From a virus: a stretch of 5,549 bases of DNA. Shown here in pieces: positions 5,473-5,549 of the stretch. Under the pieces are notes generated by a model, which searched no databases, was not told the DNA's origin, and saw only the letters and a program-made list of their open reading frames with translations. Numbering within the stretch: the stretch's first letter is position 1; each line of letters begins with the position of its first letter. A program made the position numbers and the translations under genes. Where the stretch lies: positions 1 through 5,549 of IMG/VR virus record IMGVR_UViG_3300045988_038326. One strand, given 5' to 3'.

Positions 5473-5549
5473 TTAATTGCGTTGCGATATTACAACTTGC
5501 CTTGTTAGTATTATACCACAACATCGGAAAGCGGGCAAGCGTACCTTAT
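5473..5549 (-). CDS. Wrap-around 3' tail of the VP5-like ORF as assembled (5495-5549 duplicates 1-55). Stop codon TAA at 5475-5473.
   Basis: Continuing the frame of the 338-start ORF past position 1 into 5494 gives ...VVISQRN then TAA (complement of tta at 5473-5475). The tail is only in frame if the homopolymer at 75-83 really has 9 residues. Confidence 0.3.
   Translation of the reverse strand, partial: KVRLPAFRCCGIILTRQVVISQRN
5495..5549. repeat. Terminal direct repeat, copy 2 (identical to 1-55). Probably an assembler k-mer overlap rather than a biological repeat.
   Basis: Exact 55-nt identity with 1-55. An ORF leaving the left edge continues in frame into 5494 and below, which fits circular closure. 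Confidence 0.95.

Noticed and set aside
5493-5522. CAACTTG on the plus strand, identical to the 7 nt preceding the phiX174 origin nick site (CAACTTG/ATATTAATAAC...), followed by AT-rich sequence and TATACCAC, which resembles phiX TATAGACCAC.
   Set aside because: It is on the strand antisense to all genes, whereas the Rep-nicked viral strand of Microviridae is the sense strand. A given 7-mer is expected roughly 0.5 times by chance over both strands of 5.5 kb. Ungapped alignment beyond the 7-mer is poor. Gokushovirus VP4 is too divergent from phiX174 A to assume a shared origin sequence.
1-5549. I looked for tRNA or rRNA genes, CRISPR repeats, IS/transposase or integrase genes, and toxin-antitoxin-like pairs.
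   Set aside because: There are no spaced direct-repeat arrays and no cloverleaf-like regions in the short intergenic spaces. Every long ORF is accounted for by microvirus genes or the two orphans. The only long-range repeat is the 55-nt terminal overlap.

Overview
This window is a complete circular genome of a gokushovirus-like Microviridae ssDNA phage, shown as the complement of the coding strand. Nt 1-55 are identical to nt 5495-5549, so the unique circle is 5,494 nt and the duplication looks like an assembler overlap. All supported genes are on the minus strand and each has a Shine-Dalgarno motif (AGGAG or GAGGT). Reading in the direction of transcription, the order is: VP3 scaffold (5287-4844), VP1 major capsid (4634-2976), VP2 pilot/minor capsid (2959-2162), an 89-aa orphan with an N-terminal transmembrane segment (2150-1881), a 37-aa arginine-rich DNA-binding protein (1842-1729), the VP4 HUH replication initiator (1713-769), a 117-aa Cys/His-rich orphan (688-335), and a VP5-family protein (338 across the junction). 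The VP5-like ORF is missing from the supplied ORF track because it runs off the left edge. Non-coding signals I can support: a perfect sigma70 promoter (TTGACA, 17 nt, TGGTATAAT) preceded by three phased 10-bp A-tract repeats; a second promoter-like site sharing TGGTATAAT; a perfect 19-bp hairpin between VP3 and VP1; and a 9-nt C homopolymer that sets the VP5 C-terminus. The items most worth follow-up are the two orphan genes (a possible single-gene lysis protein and a possible Zn-binding accessory protein), the homopolymer, and the hairpin. I saw no tRNA, rRNA, CRISPR array, transposase or integrase.
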